In this document: one piece after another, positions 8,888-19,195 of the stretch
Numbering within the stretch: position 1 is the first letter of the stretch
Layout: each line of letters opens with the position of its first letter
NCBI GenBank assembly: GCA_041301185.1
Contig: JBFYSV010000198.1
Coordinates: 1 to 62,961, forward strand
Source: Anaerolineae bacterium
Lineage (GTDB): Bacteria > Chloroflexota > Anaerolineae > Anaerolineales > UBA4823
Reading direction: 5' to 3'
Length of the DNA: 62,961 nt
The notes under the pieces: model-generated
Told to the model about the DNA's origin: nothing
The model's input: only the letters and a program-made list of their open reading frames with translations
Databases searched by the model: none
Program-made: the position numbers and the translations under genes

Positions 8888-10123
8888 TTACTTGTCTTCG
8901 AATACAGTCGCCACCGTCATACCCCAACGCAGGCGCGGATCGACGTTATCCAACCGGATGCGGGCCGTGTAGGTGATATCCCCCCGCTTTTCCTCAAATA
9001 AATCGCTGATCGACTCAACGACACCGGTGAGGGTCACCTCAGGCAGCGCATCAGGCGTGATAGACGCCTTATCGCCCAGCACGATATCCACCACCTCAAT
9101 CTCGGTCAGGTTATCCGTTTCGACATACCATTGCGAAAAATCCGCCAGCCGCAGAACTTCCTGCCCGGGAGAGATTCGCTGTCCTTCAATCAAGTCCATC
9201 TCGACAACCGTGCCATTAATGGTTGCTACCAGGTTAAGATCTGCCAGGGCAGCTTCAGCAGATTGGATCGCAGCCTGAGCTGCGGCAATCCGGCTCTCGG
9301 CGGTGACAATCCGACCATCTACGATCGCCAGCTCGTCCGGGTCCGGACCAGCCTGGAGGGTGTCGTACTCCTCCTGAGCCAGGTCCAGGCGTGACTGGGC
9401 TACACTCAGCTCGTCAGCAGCCTGTGACTCAAAAAACTGGCTGGTGCCACCAAGTAGTTTATTTAAGTTTTTCTCCGCAGCCTCAAATTTACGCTGGGCG
9501 TCAGCCAGTTGGCTCAGGTAGTATGCACGCTGAAGATTGGTCTCGGATTTTTTCTCATACGGCTTGTAATCGTCCTCAGCCTTATCAAGCCTGTTCCGAG
9601 CAACTGCCAGATTAGCGCGAGCCTCGTTAAGGTCTGCAACGGAAGCTGGCGCGCTGATATTATCGTTCTTGATTGTGGCCTTGCGCAGCGCATCCTTGGC
9701 AGTCGTCAGCTCTTGAAGTGCTTGAGTCAGGCGTTCAGGAAGATCTCTAAACAGTTGGCCCCTGGCATCCTGAGCGGTGAGAAGCTCCTGCTGGGCAGCA
9801 GCCAGCTCCAGTCTTGCATTTGCCACGCCGGCTTCAAGCGGTTCCCGGTTACCCAGGCTCGCCAGCACGTCTCCGGCTTTAACGACATCACCTTCTTCAA
9901 TCAAGACGTCGAATACCTCCCCGGTGCTATTGAATGACAGGGATACCGTCTCGCGGGGCACCAGGCGCCCGTCGACAACAATACCGGTATCTGCCACAAC
10001 CACCGGGACTGCGGTCGGCGTCCCATCCCCCGCGCCGGTTAATCCCCCCGACTGGCACGCAGCCAGGATCAGGCTGGCGATAATCACAAATACAAAAATG
10101 AACGCGCGATTTCTTTTTTTCAT
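8888..10123 (-). CDS. Efflux RND/HlyD-family periplasmic adaptor, lipoprotein
   Basis: Lipobox LAAC, lipoyl-like halves flanking a long coiled coil, C-terminal LRWGMT. Confidence 0.88.
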   Translation of the reverse strand: MKKRNRAFIFVFVIIASLILAACQSGGLTGAGDGTPTAVPVVVADTGIVVDGRLVPRETVSLSFNSTGEVFDVLIEEGDVVKAGDVLASLGNREPLEAGVANARLELAAAQQELLTAQDARGQLFRDLPERLTQALQELTTAKDALRKATIKNDNISAPASVADLNEARANLAVARNRLDKAEDDYKPYEKKSETNLQRAYYLSQLADAQRKFEAAEKNLNKLLGGTSQFFESQAADELSVAQSRLDLAQEEYDTLQAGPDPDELAIVDGRIVTAESRIAAAQAAIQSAEAALADLNLVATINGTVVEMDLIEGQRISPGQEVLRLADFSQWYVETDNLTEIEVVDIVLGDKASITPDALPEVTLTGVVESISDLFEEKRGDITYTARIRLDNVDPRLRWGMTVATVFEDK

Positions 10124-10162
10124 TGCAACTTACTCCTGATTGATATTGAACTGGTCTATATT

Positions 10163-12562
10163 TTACTCGTATGCCAGCACTTCGCGCACAGTTAAACGGA
10201 CCGCATTGCGCGCTGGGAGAACACAAGCCAGGGCTGAAATGAACAACACCAACCCCAGCCAGATTAAGAATCCATCCAAAGAAAACACATAAACGAGTGG
10301 GCTCTGTAAAATACTGATCCCAACTGCGTAGTTCAATACTATCGCAATCGGCACGGCTAGAATAGTGCCGAAAATCCAGCTAATCACGCCAATTATCATC
10401 CCCTCTGCAACTACCATACGCATGATCGTCCCGCTCGGAGCGCCAATCGCCCGCATCACACCAATTTCACGGGTGCGCTCGAATACGTTGATGCTCATCG
10501 TGCTGGTCATTCCCAGACCACCCACCAGTGCAATCAGCAAGGCCATGATCATCAGGAAAAATACCAGCACATCCAGGGTTGAGGTATTGGCCCGTACCAG
10601 ATCGGATCCAACCAATACCTGACCGACTTCAATCCCCTCAGCTCGAAATACCGCTTCTAGGTCGCGGGCGACGCGTTTTTGGAAAGCCGGGTCGTGCTCT
10701 TCGGTAACCACCCGCAGGCTGCCCGCCATGTTCTGGAAATGGGCAATCTTCGACAGGTACTCGTTGTTAGCATAGATGATTGGCGGAATCACATTGCCAA
10801 CCAGGCGGTACATCCCGACAATCTGCCAGGTATTTTTTACCCCCTCGATATCAATAACCACCTCATCCCCCACTTTCAGCTCAGGTCGCAGAGCGATCAG
10901 ATGATTGCCGATCACGATCGCATTCTCATCCTCCGGACGTAACCACCTGCCTGCGATCAGGGTGGGTTTGATCAGGTTGGAGTCAGCAGGCGGTGAAAGG
11001 AAGCCGATCTGGGTGCCGGTTGCCTGGTCATCCTGGAGCAGCGAGCCGTTCGCACCACCCCATGCTTCCGCTTTAACGACACCAGGTACGCTCATTGCCA
11101 TGGCATGCACTTTCTGCAAACGGTATGGGCGACCGAAGCTGACATTGACATCGCTGAGTATATAGCCAAATGTTTCGTTGATCGCGCTGGTCATCGATGC
11201 CCGCAGGCTAAATACTCCAATGAAAATGGCTCCCGCTAATATCAGGGTCGAAAGAGTCAGGATTAAGCGCGCCTTGCGGCGGAAGGTATTGCGGATCGAG
11301 ATCAGGAACGGGCGAGGTAACCCGCGGATGCGTTCGACCATGCGGTCGAACAGTCCCCTTCTATAGTTTCCGCGTCCCAAGCCATAGCTGGTGATCGCCT
11401 CTCGTACCGTAATGCGGGTGCTCTTGTAAACCGGTAATATCGCGGCTACAACCGGTATTACCAGGGCAACAAATACTTGCAGGGCAATACTCTCGGGAGC
11501 AAAGTGAAATGGGCTGGGATTAAAGTTTAAAAACGTTGCAATCCCACCGCCGGTGGTGGTGGATAATAATGCACCCAGGGGGATTGCAACTGCCAGGGAT
11601 AACAACCCATAAAAGATGGTCAATACCAGGTACATCACCACCAGTTGGCCTGTCGCTGCGCCGACTGCCTTCATGACCCCGATCTGGCGTACCTGCTGGT
11701 TGAGCAGAGCATTGAGGGTATTGACTACCAGAAATGCGCTCAGGGCAACGGACAGCCCACCCAGGAACATCATCATCGCTCCTAATGATGCAGTGATATC
11801 GGCTGCAAAATGCCTTCCAGGCTGAAAAACAAAAGTGAAGTAGGCTGTGCGACCGCTTTCCTCTAATTTGTCCGCAACCGCTTCTGCTACGGCCTTTACA
11901 TGCTCCTCGTCGCGTTGGTTCTCTTCCACCGTCAGATAAACCTGGCTATATTCGCGCGCCCCGCCCAACCAGACGAGCGTGTCCGGAGAGGTATAAGCAT
12001 AGGCTGCCTGAGAGAAGGCATATGGCGGGATTGTCACATCAAACACAAAACCGGCAACTCGCAGTTTACGCTGGGTGCCATCTGCAGATTCTGTAGTGAT
12101 ATAGTCGCCCGGATTCACCTGGAGCACATTTTGAATAGAACGATCCAGGTACACTTCTCTTTCACCTAAAGGAGGGATCGTTTCCCCGGGCTTTTCCGGC
12201 TGCAACATTGACACCTTCATTTGCTCAACTGGGGGAATACCCGTCAGGCTTAATGCGATCCATTCGCCATTGGGTCCAAGCACGCGCCCGGTCTCGCCAC
12301 TACGCCCTTCAACATCACCTACCCCAGGCACCCGCGCCAGGGATGGTAAAAGGTCGTCGTCAAATAAATCGGTGTAGATAATCGCCCCATGCGGGTTAGC
12401 AACCTGGTAGTTGTTGTCCAGGTCAGGCAGGGTGATAAAGAACAAATCTCCCACAAAACCCACCGCAAAAACCCCGACTGCAATGGTGAGCATCACCAGC
12501 AAGGTACGGGCTTTGTGATCCCACAAGTCGTGGAAAATCTTGGACCAGCGCGGGCGGCTCAT
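10163..12562 (-). CDS. MacB/FtsX-like ABC permease (two FtsX repeats)
   Basis: [14 protein letters not shown] and [14 protein letters not shown] motifs; 799 aa. Confidence 0.92.
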   Translation of the reverse strand: MSRPRWSKIFHDLWDHKARTLLVMLTIAVGVFAVGFVGDLFFITLPDLDNNYQVANPHGAIIYTDLFDDDLLPSLARVPGVGDVEGRSGETGRVLGPNGEWIALSLTGIPPVEQMKVSMLQPEKPGETIPPLGEREVYLDRSIQNVLQVNPGDYITTESADGTQRKLRVAGFVFDVTIPPYAFSQAAYAYTSPDTLVWLGGAREYSQVYLTVEENQRDEEHVKAVAEAVADKLEESGRTAYFTFVFQPGRHFAADITASLGAMMMFLGGLSVALSAFLVVNTLNALLNQQVRQIGVMKAVGAATGQLVVMYLVLTIFYGLLSLAVAIPLGALLSTTTGGGIATFLNFNPSPFHFAPESIALQVFVALVIPVVAAILPVYKSTRITVREAITSYGLGRGNYRRGLFDRMVERIRGLPRPFLISIRNTFRRKARLILTLSTLILAGAIFIGVFSLRASMTSAINETFGYILSDVNVSFGRPYRLQKVHAMAMSVPGVVKAEAWGGANGSLLQDDQATGTQIGFLSPPADSNLIKPTLIAGRWLRPEDENAIVIGNHLIALRPELKVGDEVVIDIEGVKNTWQIVGMYRLVGNVIPPIIYANNEYLSKIAHFQNMAGSLRVVTEEHDPAFQKRVARDLEAVFRAEGIEVGQVLVGSDLVRANTSTLDVLVFFLMIMALLIALVGGLGMTSTMSINVFERTREIGVMRAIGAPSGTIMRMVVAEGMIIGVISWIFGTILAVPIAIVLNYAVGISILQSPLVYVFSLDGFLIWLGLVLFISALACVLPARNAVRLTVREVLAYE

Positions 12563-13722
12563 TTTCCCCTCCCGTTACGCACCTGAACATTTTCCGCTGC
12601 CCTGTGTTCTGCAATGAGCGCCAGAGCATCTCGGGTAGCTTCCGATTCAGACATGAGCCGGATGAATGCCTCACGATCGAGGGTGACCAACTCAACAGGC
12701 GATTCAGACATAGCCCGAATTGTGGCGATATTGCGCCCGCCGCGCATCAGTTCCACTTCCCCAAAATACTCTCCAGGTCCGGGGCGCATTACCACGACAT
12801 CTGATCCACCCTGGCGTTTAAGCGCCACCTCGGCGCGCCCTTTCGTGACAATGTAAAACCGGTCGCCGGTCTCGCCCTCCTTCAGGATTGTCTCACCGGG
12901 AGCGTAGACCATTGGATGCAAGTCATGCGTGGCTTCGAGCAATTGCTGGTGGCTCAATTGGGGCAGCGCCCGGGCAATAAATTCGTTGACGATCTCGCCA
13001 TCCACGATTAATAACGTGCGCGAAACCCGTTGAGCCAGGCTGGAGTCATGGGTAACCATGATGACCGTCTTACCCTGGCGGGCAAGATCTTCGAACATCT
13101 TGAAAATGATCTCAGCAGTCTTAGAGTCCAGGTTGCCAGTTGGCTCATCTGCCAGCAGGATAGGAGGATCGTTCGCCAATGCGCGGGCAATCGCCACGCG
13201 TTGCTGCTGCCCGCCGGAGATGGCAGTCGGTAGCTTATAGGCATGCTCTTCCATCTCGACCATACGCAATAACTCCAGAGCGCGCTCCTTACGCTGCCGT
13301 GGCGAGTACATATTGCAGAAATCCATCGGGAGCATGATGTTTTCCAACAAAGTCAGCATTGGCAGGAGCTGGAAAAATTGAAAAACAATACCCAGGTTGC
13401 GCCCGCGCCAGATCGCCAGCTGGTTCTCACTCAAACGGTGCACTTCGGTATCGCCGATAATGACCTCTCCGGATGTCGGACGGTCTATCCCGGTGATCAT
13501 GTTAATCAGGGTCGATTTGCCACTGCCCGATTTACCGATTACCCCCACGAATTCGCCCGGTTTGAATTCCGCATCGATGCTCTTCAGGACGGTAAAATCA
13601 CCCGCTGCTGTCGAGAAGGTTTTGACAATATCCTGCAGCTGGATATAAGCAGCATTGCCATTACTCGACGATGGATGGTTGTTCTTTCCATTCGTTTTTT
13701 TGCGGCGGAATAATTGCGCCAT
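12559..13722 (-). CDS. LolD/MacB-type ABC ATPase fused to a C-terminal cyclic-nucleotide-binding-like domain
   Basis: [31 protein letters not shown], then [23 protein letters not shown]...YFGEVEL...ATIRA. Confidence 0.9.
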   Translation of the reverse strand: MAQLFRRKKTNGKNNHPSSSNGNAAYIQLQDIVKTFSTAAGDFTVLKSIDAEFKPGEFVGVIGKSGSGKSTLINMITGIDRPTSGEVIIGDTEVHRLSENQLAIWRGRNLGIVFQFFQLLPMLTLLENIMLPMDFCNMYSPRQRKERALELLRMVEMEEHAYKLPTAISGGQQQRVAIARALANDPPILLADEPTGNLDSKTAEIIFKMFEDLARQGKTVIMVTHDSSLAQRVSRTLLIVDGEIVNEFIARALPQLSHQQLLEATHDLHPMVYAPGETILKEGETGDRFYIVTKGRAEVALKRQGGSDVVVMRPGPGEYFGEVELMRGGRNIATIRAMSESPVELVTLDREAFIRLMSESEATRDALALIAEHRAAENVQVRNGRGK

Positions 13723-14097
13723 GTCGGGATTACCTCCTTCTCAAGTAAGCCCATTTCCCTGGGTGCGTCCGGTTGATCTCCCTGACCCATGATCTCCAGA
13801 CACAATTTATCCATATCTTATCCACGAGTTCTGATCATCATACGCAGGAGAAGAATTAAGGTCGCGTTCTTGCCCTCGCAATAGACCTCTCCACACAATC
13901 ATCTTATCAAATATAAAGATCGACCACAACCAACGAAAGACGTATCCGCTCCTGGTCAACCAGACAGGATAAAACCTATCCCTCGGAAGGGCATCCATTT
14001 TTTCTGCCTGAGACAAGGATTACACACTGGTTGGCAACCTACCGGGCGAAGTGAGCGAGACGAACTATGGTATCATCTCTACCTGTGAGAGGCTGCC

Positions 14098-15141
14098 ATG
14101 CACGATATTCTTAGCGATGTTACTCAGTGGATCGATCAAAACGAGCCGGTTGTACTGGCTACCGTGGTTCAGACCTGGGGTTCCTCCCCGCGGGGTGTAG
14201 GTGCGAAGATGGCCTTTACATCCAGCGGGAAAATCGCCGGCTCTGTCAGCGGTGGTTGTGTGGAGGGTGCAGTCTATGAAAACGGCTTGCAGACCCTGAA
14301 AACCCGGCAATCACAATTATTGCACTTTGGCGTCGCCGATGAGACCGCTTTCGAAGTTGGCCTGGCTTGCGGCGGGAAAATTGAGGTCTTTGTCAGGCGG
14401 CTTGATCCTGGCATCTTCCGGATTCTGCAGGCAGAAATCATTGGGCAGCAAGCAGTGGTGATTGTCTCAGCTCTGGAAGGCCCGCCTGACCTTAAGGGTA
14501 AAGAGATCCTGGTTACCGAGGCTGGCAAGGTAGAAGGCACCCTGGGAGGCGGGTTGGATGGGGAAGCCGTCCGGTTCGCTATCCAGGCATTGCAGGAAGA
14601 GCAATCGCAGACGTTCACACTGCAGACCGCGACCGGAGACCTGCTGCACCTATTCGCGGATGTGATCCTTCCCCCGCCAACGCTGGTCATGGTCGGCGGC
14701 GTGCATATCACGATAGCCCTATCTGCCATTGCCAAGGCGCTTGGCTACCGCACGATTGTCATCGATCCGCGCCGGTTATTCGGAAGCCAGGAACGCTTCC
14801 CGCACGTCGACCAGCTGATCCAGGAATGGCCGCAAGAGGCTTTACCAAAAATCAAGCTCACCCGGAGCACCTGCGTGGCAATGCTCACCCACGACCCCAA
14901 GATTGACGACCCTGCCCTGAAAATCGTCCTGGACAGCCCGATATTTTACATCGGCGCTTTGGGCAGCCGCAAAACCCAGGAAAGCCGCCGCCAGCGTCTG
15001 CTGGCAGACGGGCTATCCCAAGCCCAACTGGACCGCATCCATGGCCCGGTGGGCATCGATTTAGGAGCGAAAACTCCCGACGAGATCGCCCTATCGGTGA
15101 TGGCGGAGATCATCTCTGTGCGGCGCGGGCGAATAGGCTAG
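14098..15141 (+). CDS. XdhC/CoxI family molybdenum-cofactor chaperone
   Basis: TWGSSPR..GA, GSVSGGCVEG, VGLACGG, THDPKID, YIGALGSRK, GPVGIDLGAKTPDEIALS. Confidence 0.92.
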   Translation: MHDILSDVTQWIDQNEPVVLATVVQTWGSSPRGVGAKMAFTSSGKIAGSVSGGCVEGAVYENGLQTLKTRQSQLLHFGVADETAFEVGLACGGKIEVFVRRLDPGIFRILQAEIIGQQAVVIVSALEGPPDLKGKEILVTEAGKVEGTLGGGLDGEAVRFAIQALQEEQSQTFTLQTATGDLLHLFADVILPPPTLVMVGGVHITIALSAIAKALGYRTIVIDPRRLFGSQERFPHVDQLIQEWPQEALPKIKLTRSTCVAMLTHDPKIDDPALKIVLDSPIFYIGALGSRKTQESRRQRLLADGLSQAQLDRIHGPVGIDLGAKTPDEIALSVMAEIISVRRGRIG

Positions 15142-15143
15142 GA

Positions 15144-15168
15144 CTGGGGGCAAGCGAGCAACCCCCAG
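15144..15168. terminator. GC hairpin between convergent genes (possible terminator)
   Basis: CTGGGGG-N11-CCCCCAG; no clear U-tract. Confidence 0.4.
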
Positions 15169-15194
15169 GTGCTTCGCAGCGCGCCGGCGAGCAA

Positions 15195-15584
15195 TTACGC
15201 AGCCCGCTCTAAAATGACCTTGTCACCATCCTTTACCTGTCGGAAGCGTGTCGCATCTCCGGTCAGCTTGCCCAGTAGATTGACCGGGCTGGCAGCCCGA
15301 GGCCGGCTGCCCGAGCTGACCGGGGTTGGTCCGAAGAAGATGCAAAATGCGCTGCCCGGCGGCCAGTAACCCAAATCGCCCACTTCAACATCCTGTAGAG
15401 CACCCGCCTCGCTACCGGTTTTGACCGGAATCGAGAAGTAAATCTCTTCTCCCCAGCGGTTGGCGCGTCCTTCGATCGGGAGGGCCTCCCAAACCAGCCG
15501 CGCGGTCGGGCTATCATTCAAGTCTGCTTCCATCTCGATGGTTCCAGCGCATATACGGATTGTATTCACTGGCATTCTCTCCAT
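15195..15584 (-). CDS. Cyclophilin-like fold protein (TM1367/DUF369-like)
   Basis: ALPIEGRANRWGEEIYF, VEVGDLGYWPPGSAFCIFFGPTP, ASPVN..G. Confidence 0.85.
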   Translation of the reverse strand: MERMPVNTIRICAGTIEMEADLNDSPTARLVWEALPIEGRANRWGEEIYFSIPVKTGSEAGALQDVEVGDLGYWPPGSAFCIFFGPTPVSSGSRPRAASPVNLLGKLTGDATRFRQVKDGDKVILERAA

Positions 15585-15602
15585 TATTTTTCAATCACTG
15601 GT

Positions 15603-16370
15603 TTAACTCTCGTCACTGCGCGTGCCCGGTGCGAGGTACTGGATGCGTTTATATGGCTTGACCTGGGCGGCAACATTGTCCTTGAGGACGTTCCCTGAGA
15701 CGTGCATCAGGGTATCGCCAAAATCGATGTCTTTTCCCATGCTCGCCAGGCAAGGGTAATGGTGGTGGAGCAGCCCGGCTTTCTCCTCGGCTTCGTCTGC
15801 CGACAGGCCCACCAGACCCTGCGCCACGTAACGAGCACAGCCGCATACCGCATCCCGGCGCACCTCGGCAGAGATAATCTGGCGCGTCTCAGGATCGATA
15901 GTGATCTCCAGCTCCGGCTGCCCAAAATAGCGCGCAAATTCGGAGATGTAGGGGCTATCGTACTCCAGGCGCTGGCGGCGGGTTACCCCAAAATCCGTTT
16001 CGGTCAGCGAGCAGAGCGGCTTGGGCGTGGCACAAGCCACATCCATCTTTTCTAACCAGCCGCGCAGCTGGCGCGCCAGACCGCGCGGCAACCAGGACTC
16101 GTTATCTACTGAAGCAATCACTCCTCTGGCGCCGGTCATGGCGGCGATATCCGGCAGCAGCTCCGCCACACCCTTATGCTCGGCGAATGACAGGATCAGC
16201 TCGCAGGCAGGCAGCTGCTCGGGCAGGTAATCTTCAGGGTAATCGATCACCAGAGGGAAAAATTGCGGCGCGTTCCACACTTCCACCTGCCAGCTGGACG
16301 GTCCCTGCTGGCGGATATTCTCCACGTGCCGGGCGCCATATTCGCCTGAAATGATCGCCAAAATACGCAT
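15603..16370 (-). CDS. DUF166 family protein
   Basis: PKPLCSL, DAVCGCA, HHHYPCLASM pattern recalled for DUF166; SD GGAGG before ATG 16370. Confidence 0.7.
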   Translation of the reverse strand: MRILAIISGEYGARHVENIRQQGPSSWQVEVWNAPQFFPLVIDYPEDYLPEQLPACELILSFAEHKGVAELLPDIAAMTGARGVIASVDNESWLPRGLARQLRGWLEKMDVACATPKPLCSLTETDFGVTRRQRLEYDSPYISEFARYFGQPELEITIDPETRQIISAEVRRDAVCGCARYVAQGLVGLSADEAEEKAGLLHHHYPCLASMGKDIDFGDTLMHVSGNVLKDNVAAQVKPYKRIQYLAPGTRSDES

Positions 16371-16513
16371 TCTCAACCTCCACTTTTCTCAACGTTAATC
16401 ACCAACTCAAGCCGCCAGGAGCGTAACCGGACCTGGCAAATTATATCCCAATCACACCCCTGGCAGATTCTTTCCCGGCTCGTTCTCCGGTCTCATTCAT
16501 CCCTTATGATGTA

Positions 16514-16550
16514 AAGCGCCCCCCGCTCAGGTAGATGAACGGGGGGCTTA
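16514..16550 (-). terminator. Probable terminator ending the left catabolic arm
   Basis: AAGC(G)CCCCCCG...CGGGGGGCTT hairpin about 60 bp after the dapA-like stop; short U-tract on the minus strand. Confidence 0.5.
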
Positions 16551-16609
16551 AGGGGAGGGGGAACCGGCCCGAAGTAAGCCTTCTGAATGTAATTTCGCCC
16601 GAGAACGGG

Positions 16610-17554
16610 TCAGGATATGGTCTTATCGTCTCCCATCTCCATCGGCAGGTCCAACTCAGCCAGGCCGAGGCGGATGATCTCGCGAATTTCACGGTATTTC
16701 GGGCTTTCAAACGGCGGAAGAGCCATCGGCAGGCGAGGATAACCGGCATTGTAGCCGCGGGCATACAATCCCATATGGGATACTAGGGTGCTATCGATAA
16801 AGTGCATCTTGCGGCTCAGGTCCATCATCACCAGATATGCCTTCTCCGCTTTGTCGAACTCGCCTGCAAAAGTGGTTTGGACAAGGTAAGTGATCACCTC
16901 CGGCGCCCAGTTGTTCATGCCGGCAATCATCGCCCGGATGCCCATGTGGTAATACGGCAGCCAGCCTTTGGAGGTGCCCAGGATGATCTCGAAGTTCTTG
17001 TGGTTCACCCTGGCATCGTAATACAGGCTGCTCAGGAAACCTACATCCACCGGGCTATCCTTCAATCCGGCTAAGCCCAACTCTTGCAGCTTGTAGACTG
17101 TATTCAGCGTAAAGTTGAAGCGGGAGGTCTCTGGATTGTTGTACGCATAAACCGGTAGAGTCACGCTTTCGACGATCTCTTTATAAAAACGAATGATCAG
17201 GTCTTCAGAGTGCTTGTAATAGAATGGAGGCACAGCCGAGATAGCATCCACACCAATCGCCTGGGCGGCCCTGGCTAACTCGATGGTCGATTTGGTATCG
17301 ATACAGCCTACGTGGGGTAGCAGAATTTTCCCGCTGAACCCGGCAGCCACTTCTTTGGCTATTTGATAGACCTGCACCCGCTCCTCGATGCTCATCAATG
17401 GACCTGCGCCATACGAGCCAGTCAGGAATAAGCCATCCACGCCTTTCTCAAACATCCACTGCATATGCCAGCGGGTCTTATCAGGATCGAGGTTGCCCTG
17501 GGCATCAAAAAATGTAATATTCGGTACCAATGAACCCTTGATCATTTTTATCAC
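16610..17554 (-). CDS. DapA/NanA-family class I aldolase or dehydratase
   Basis: GVDGLFLTGSYG, AVPPFYY, YNNP, GLKDS (Schiff-base Lys). Confidence 0.88.
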   Translation of the reverse strand: MIKMIKGSLVPNITFFDAQGNLDPDKTRWHMQWMFEKGVDGLFLTGSYGAGPLMSIEERVQVYQIAKEVAAGFSGKILLPHVGCIDTKSTIELARAAQAIGVDAISAVPPFYYKHSEDLIIRFYKEIVESVTLPVYAYNNPETSRFNFTLNTVYKLQELGLAGLKDSPVDVGFLSSLYYDARVNHKNFEIILGTSKGWLPYYHMGIRAMIAGMNNWAPEVITYLVQTTFAGEFDKAEKAYLVMMDLSRKMHFIDSTLVSHMGLYARGYNAGYPRLPMALPPFESPKYREIREIIRLGLAELDLPMEMGDDKTIS

Positions 17555-17567
17555 TCCTTAAGTTCGC

Positions 17568-19064
17568 TCAAAGTTTGCCAGCCTGTTGCAAGACGTGTAA
17601 AAATCGCTGGTACTGCTCCTGGTAATATCCATGGGCGGACAGATCCGGATCGACCCGCTTTCTGGCAACAGACAAACCTTCAAAATCATCCAGCCCAGAT
17701 TTCATCCCCAGAGCAATCATCGCCAGCATGGCAGCTCCACGGGCAGAGCCCTCGCTGGTTTCCGGCACAATCACCGAAGCGCCAAACATATCCGCTGCAA
17801 TCTGCAACCAGAGAGAAGAAGCAGTCAGCCCGCCAGTAACATATACTTCTTCGAACTGCCTGCCAAGCAAACCTTGGATTGCCTCAGAGATCCGGAAAAT
17901 TGAACGGGTGATGCCCTCCAACACAGCCCTGGAGATATGGCCGCGGCGATGCTTCAAATCCAGCCCAATAAAACCGCCGCGGGTCTCCGGGCTCCAATCG
18001 GGGCATTGTGCGCCGCTGAGGTAGGGGATAAACAGCAAGCCCTCGGCGCCTGCCGGCGCATCACCTGCCAGCCTGTCCACCTGGCTGTATAGCGAGGCAG
18101 AAAAGCCACCTGACGCACTTGCCTGGGCCAGGAAGAAGTTCTCCAAAAACCATTCCAGTACAATCCCGCCACTGCTGACCATACCCCCAGTGACCCAAAG
18201 ACCGTCATCAATTAAATATGTCCAAAGCTGGCCTGCCGGATCGATCCGGGGTTGGCGAATCACTGCCCGGGCTGCCGCGCTGGTGCCCACATTCACCGCT
18301 AACCCATTCGTTCCGACTGCCCCGACCCCCAGGCTGGCGAGCGGGCCATCTCCCCCACCGATGATGAGTGGCAGGTCCGGTGGAATGCCGGCATTTTGGC
18401 TAGCCTCGCCGCGGATCGCAAGCACAGTGCGGGTGGACACTAGCTCCGAGAGGTTCTCCGCCGCAATACCTAACTGGTCCAATGCGGTTGCATCCCAGGT
18501 TTTATTTTTTATATCGAATAAGCCGGTAGCTGAAGCCATCGACCAATCTGCCAGGAATTGTCCGGTCAGCCGATGGATGACATATTCCTTGATCGAAATA
18601 AAGCGGACATCCTCAGGCAGGCTGATGTGTTCTTTGATCCACTGGATCTTTGACCGGGGGAAGACCGAGTCGATTGGGCAGCCTGTTCGCTGGCGGATGC
18701 CATCCGCCTGGGGATTCTGGCGCAAGCGAGCGGCTTGTTCGGCACTGCGCGTATCGGACCAGGGGATCGAGTTTGTCAGCGGCTTGCCGTCTGCGGTTAC
18801 TGCCAGGATGCTGTAGAGCTGGGCGCTGATCGATAATCCCCGGACTACACGCCCTGGCGGGCAGGCTTGCAGGGCGGCCCGGACGGCTTCAAGGACTCCC
18901 TGGAAGATCGCCTCTGGCTCCTGCTCGCTCCAGCCCTTGTTAGGTACGTGGATGGGGTAATGCCTCCTGACCAGAGCGACCTGCTTCAGGCTGGCATCAA
19001 ACAAGACTGCCTTGGTCGCCCCAGTACCGATATCCACTGCGAGGATTAGATCTCTCTCACTCAT
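17568..19064 (-). CDS. FGGY carbohydrate kinase (gluconokinase-like)
   Basis: AVDIGTGATKA, WSDTRS, GGGDGPLASLG, PYLSG..CPDW, RAVLEG. Confidence 0.88.
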   Translation of the reverse strand: MSERDLILAVDIGTGATKAVLFDASLKQVALVRRHYPIHVPNKGWSEQEPEAIFQGVLEAVRAALQACPPGRVVRGLSISAQLYSILAVTADGKPLTNSIPWSDTRSAEQAARLRQNPQADGIRQRTGCPIDSVFPRSKIQWIKEHISLPEDVRFISIKEYVIHRLTGQFLADWSMASATGLFDIKNKTWDATALDQLGIAAENLSELVSTRTVLAIRGEASQNAGIPPDLPLIIGGGDGPLASLGVGAVGTNGLAVNVGTSAAARAVIRQPRIDPAGQLWTYLIDDGLWVTGGMVSSGGIVLEWFLENFFLAQASASGGFSASLYSQVDRLAGDAPAGAEGLLFIPYLSGAQCPDWSPETRGGFIGLDLKHRRGHISRAVLEGITRSIFRISEAIQGLLGRQFEEVYVTGGLTASSLWLQIAADMFGASVIVPETSEGSARGAAMLAMIALGMKSGLDDFEGLSVARKRVDPDLSAHGYYQEQYQRFLHVLQQAGKL

Positions 19065-19152
19065 ATACAGGCTCTATATGCCCGATCCTGGAACATCCTA
19101 CCAAGGCGCCAGATTTACCCGGTAGGATCAGCCAATCTCCAAATACTATTTT

Positions 19153-19182
19153 GGGAGAGGTATGCTACAGCACACCTCTCCC
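19153..19182. other. Strong intercistronic stem-loop without a U-tract
   Basis: GGGAGAGGT-ATGCTACAGCAC-ACCTCTCCC. Confidence 0.6.
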
Positions 19183-19195
19183 GAGTCCCTGGTTC

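Noticed and set aside
13723-14097. Divergent intergenic region with TTATCC repeats and an ATCTT-N10-AAGAT inverted repeat; considered a Moco/W riboswitch before xdhC
   Set aside because: Repeats are short, and I could not fit the Moco riboswitch structure or a clean promoter.
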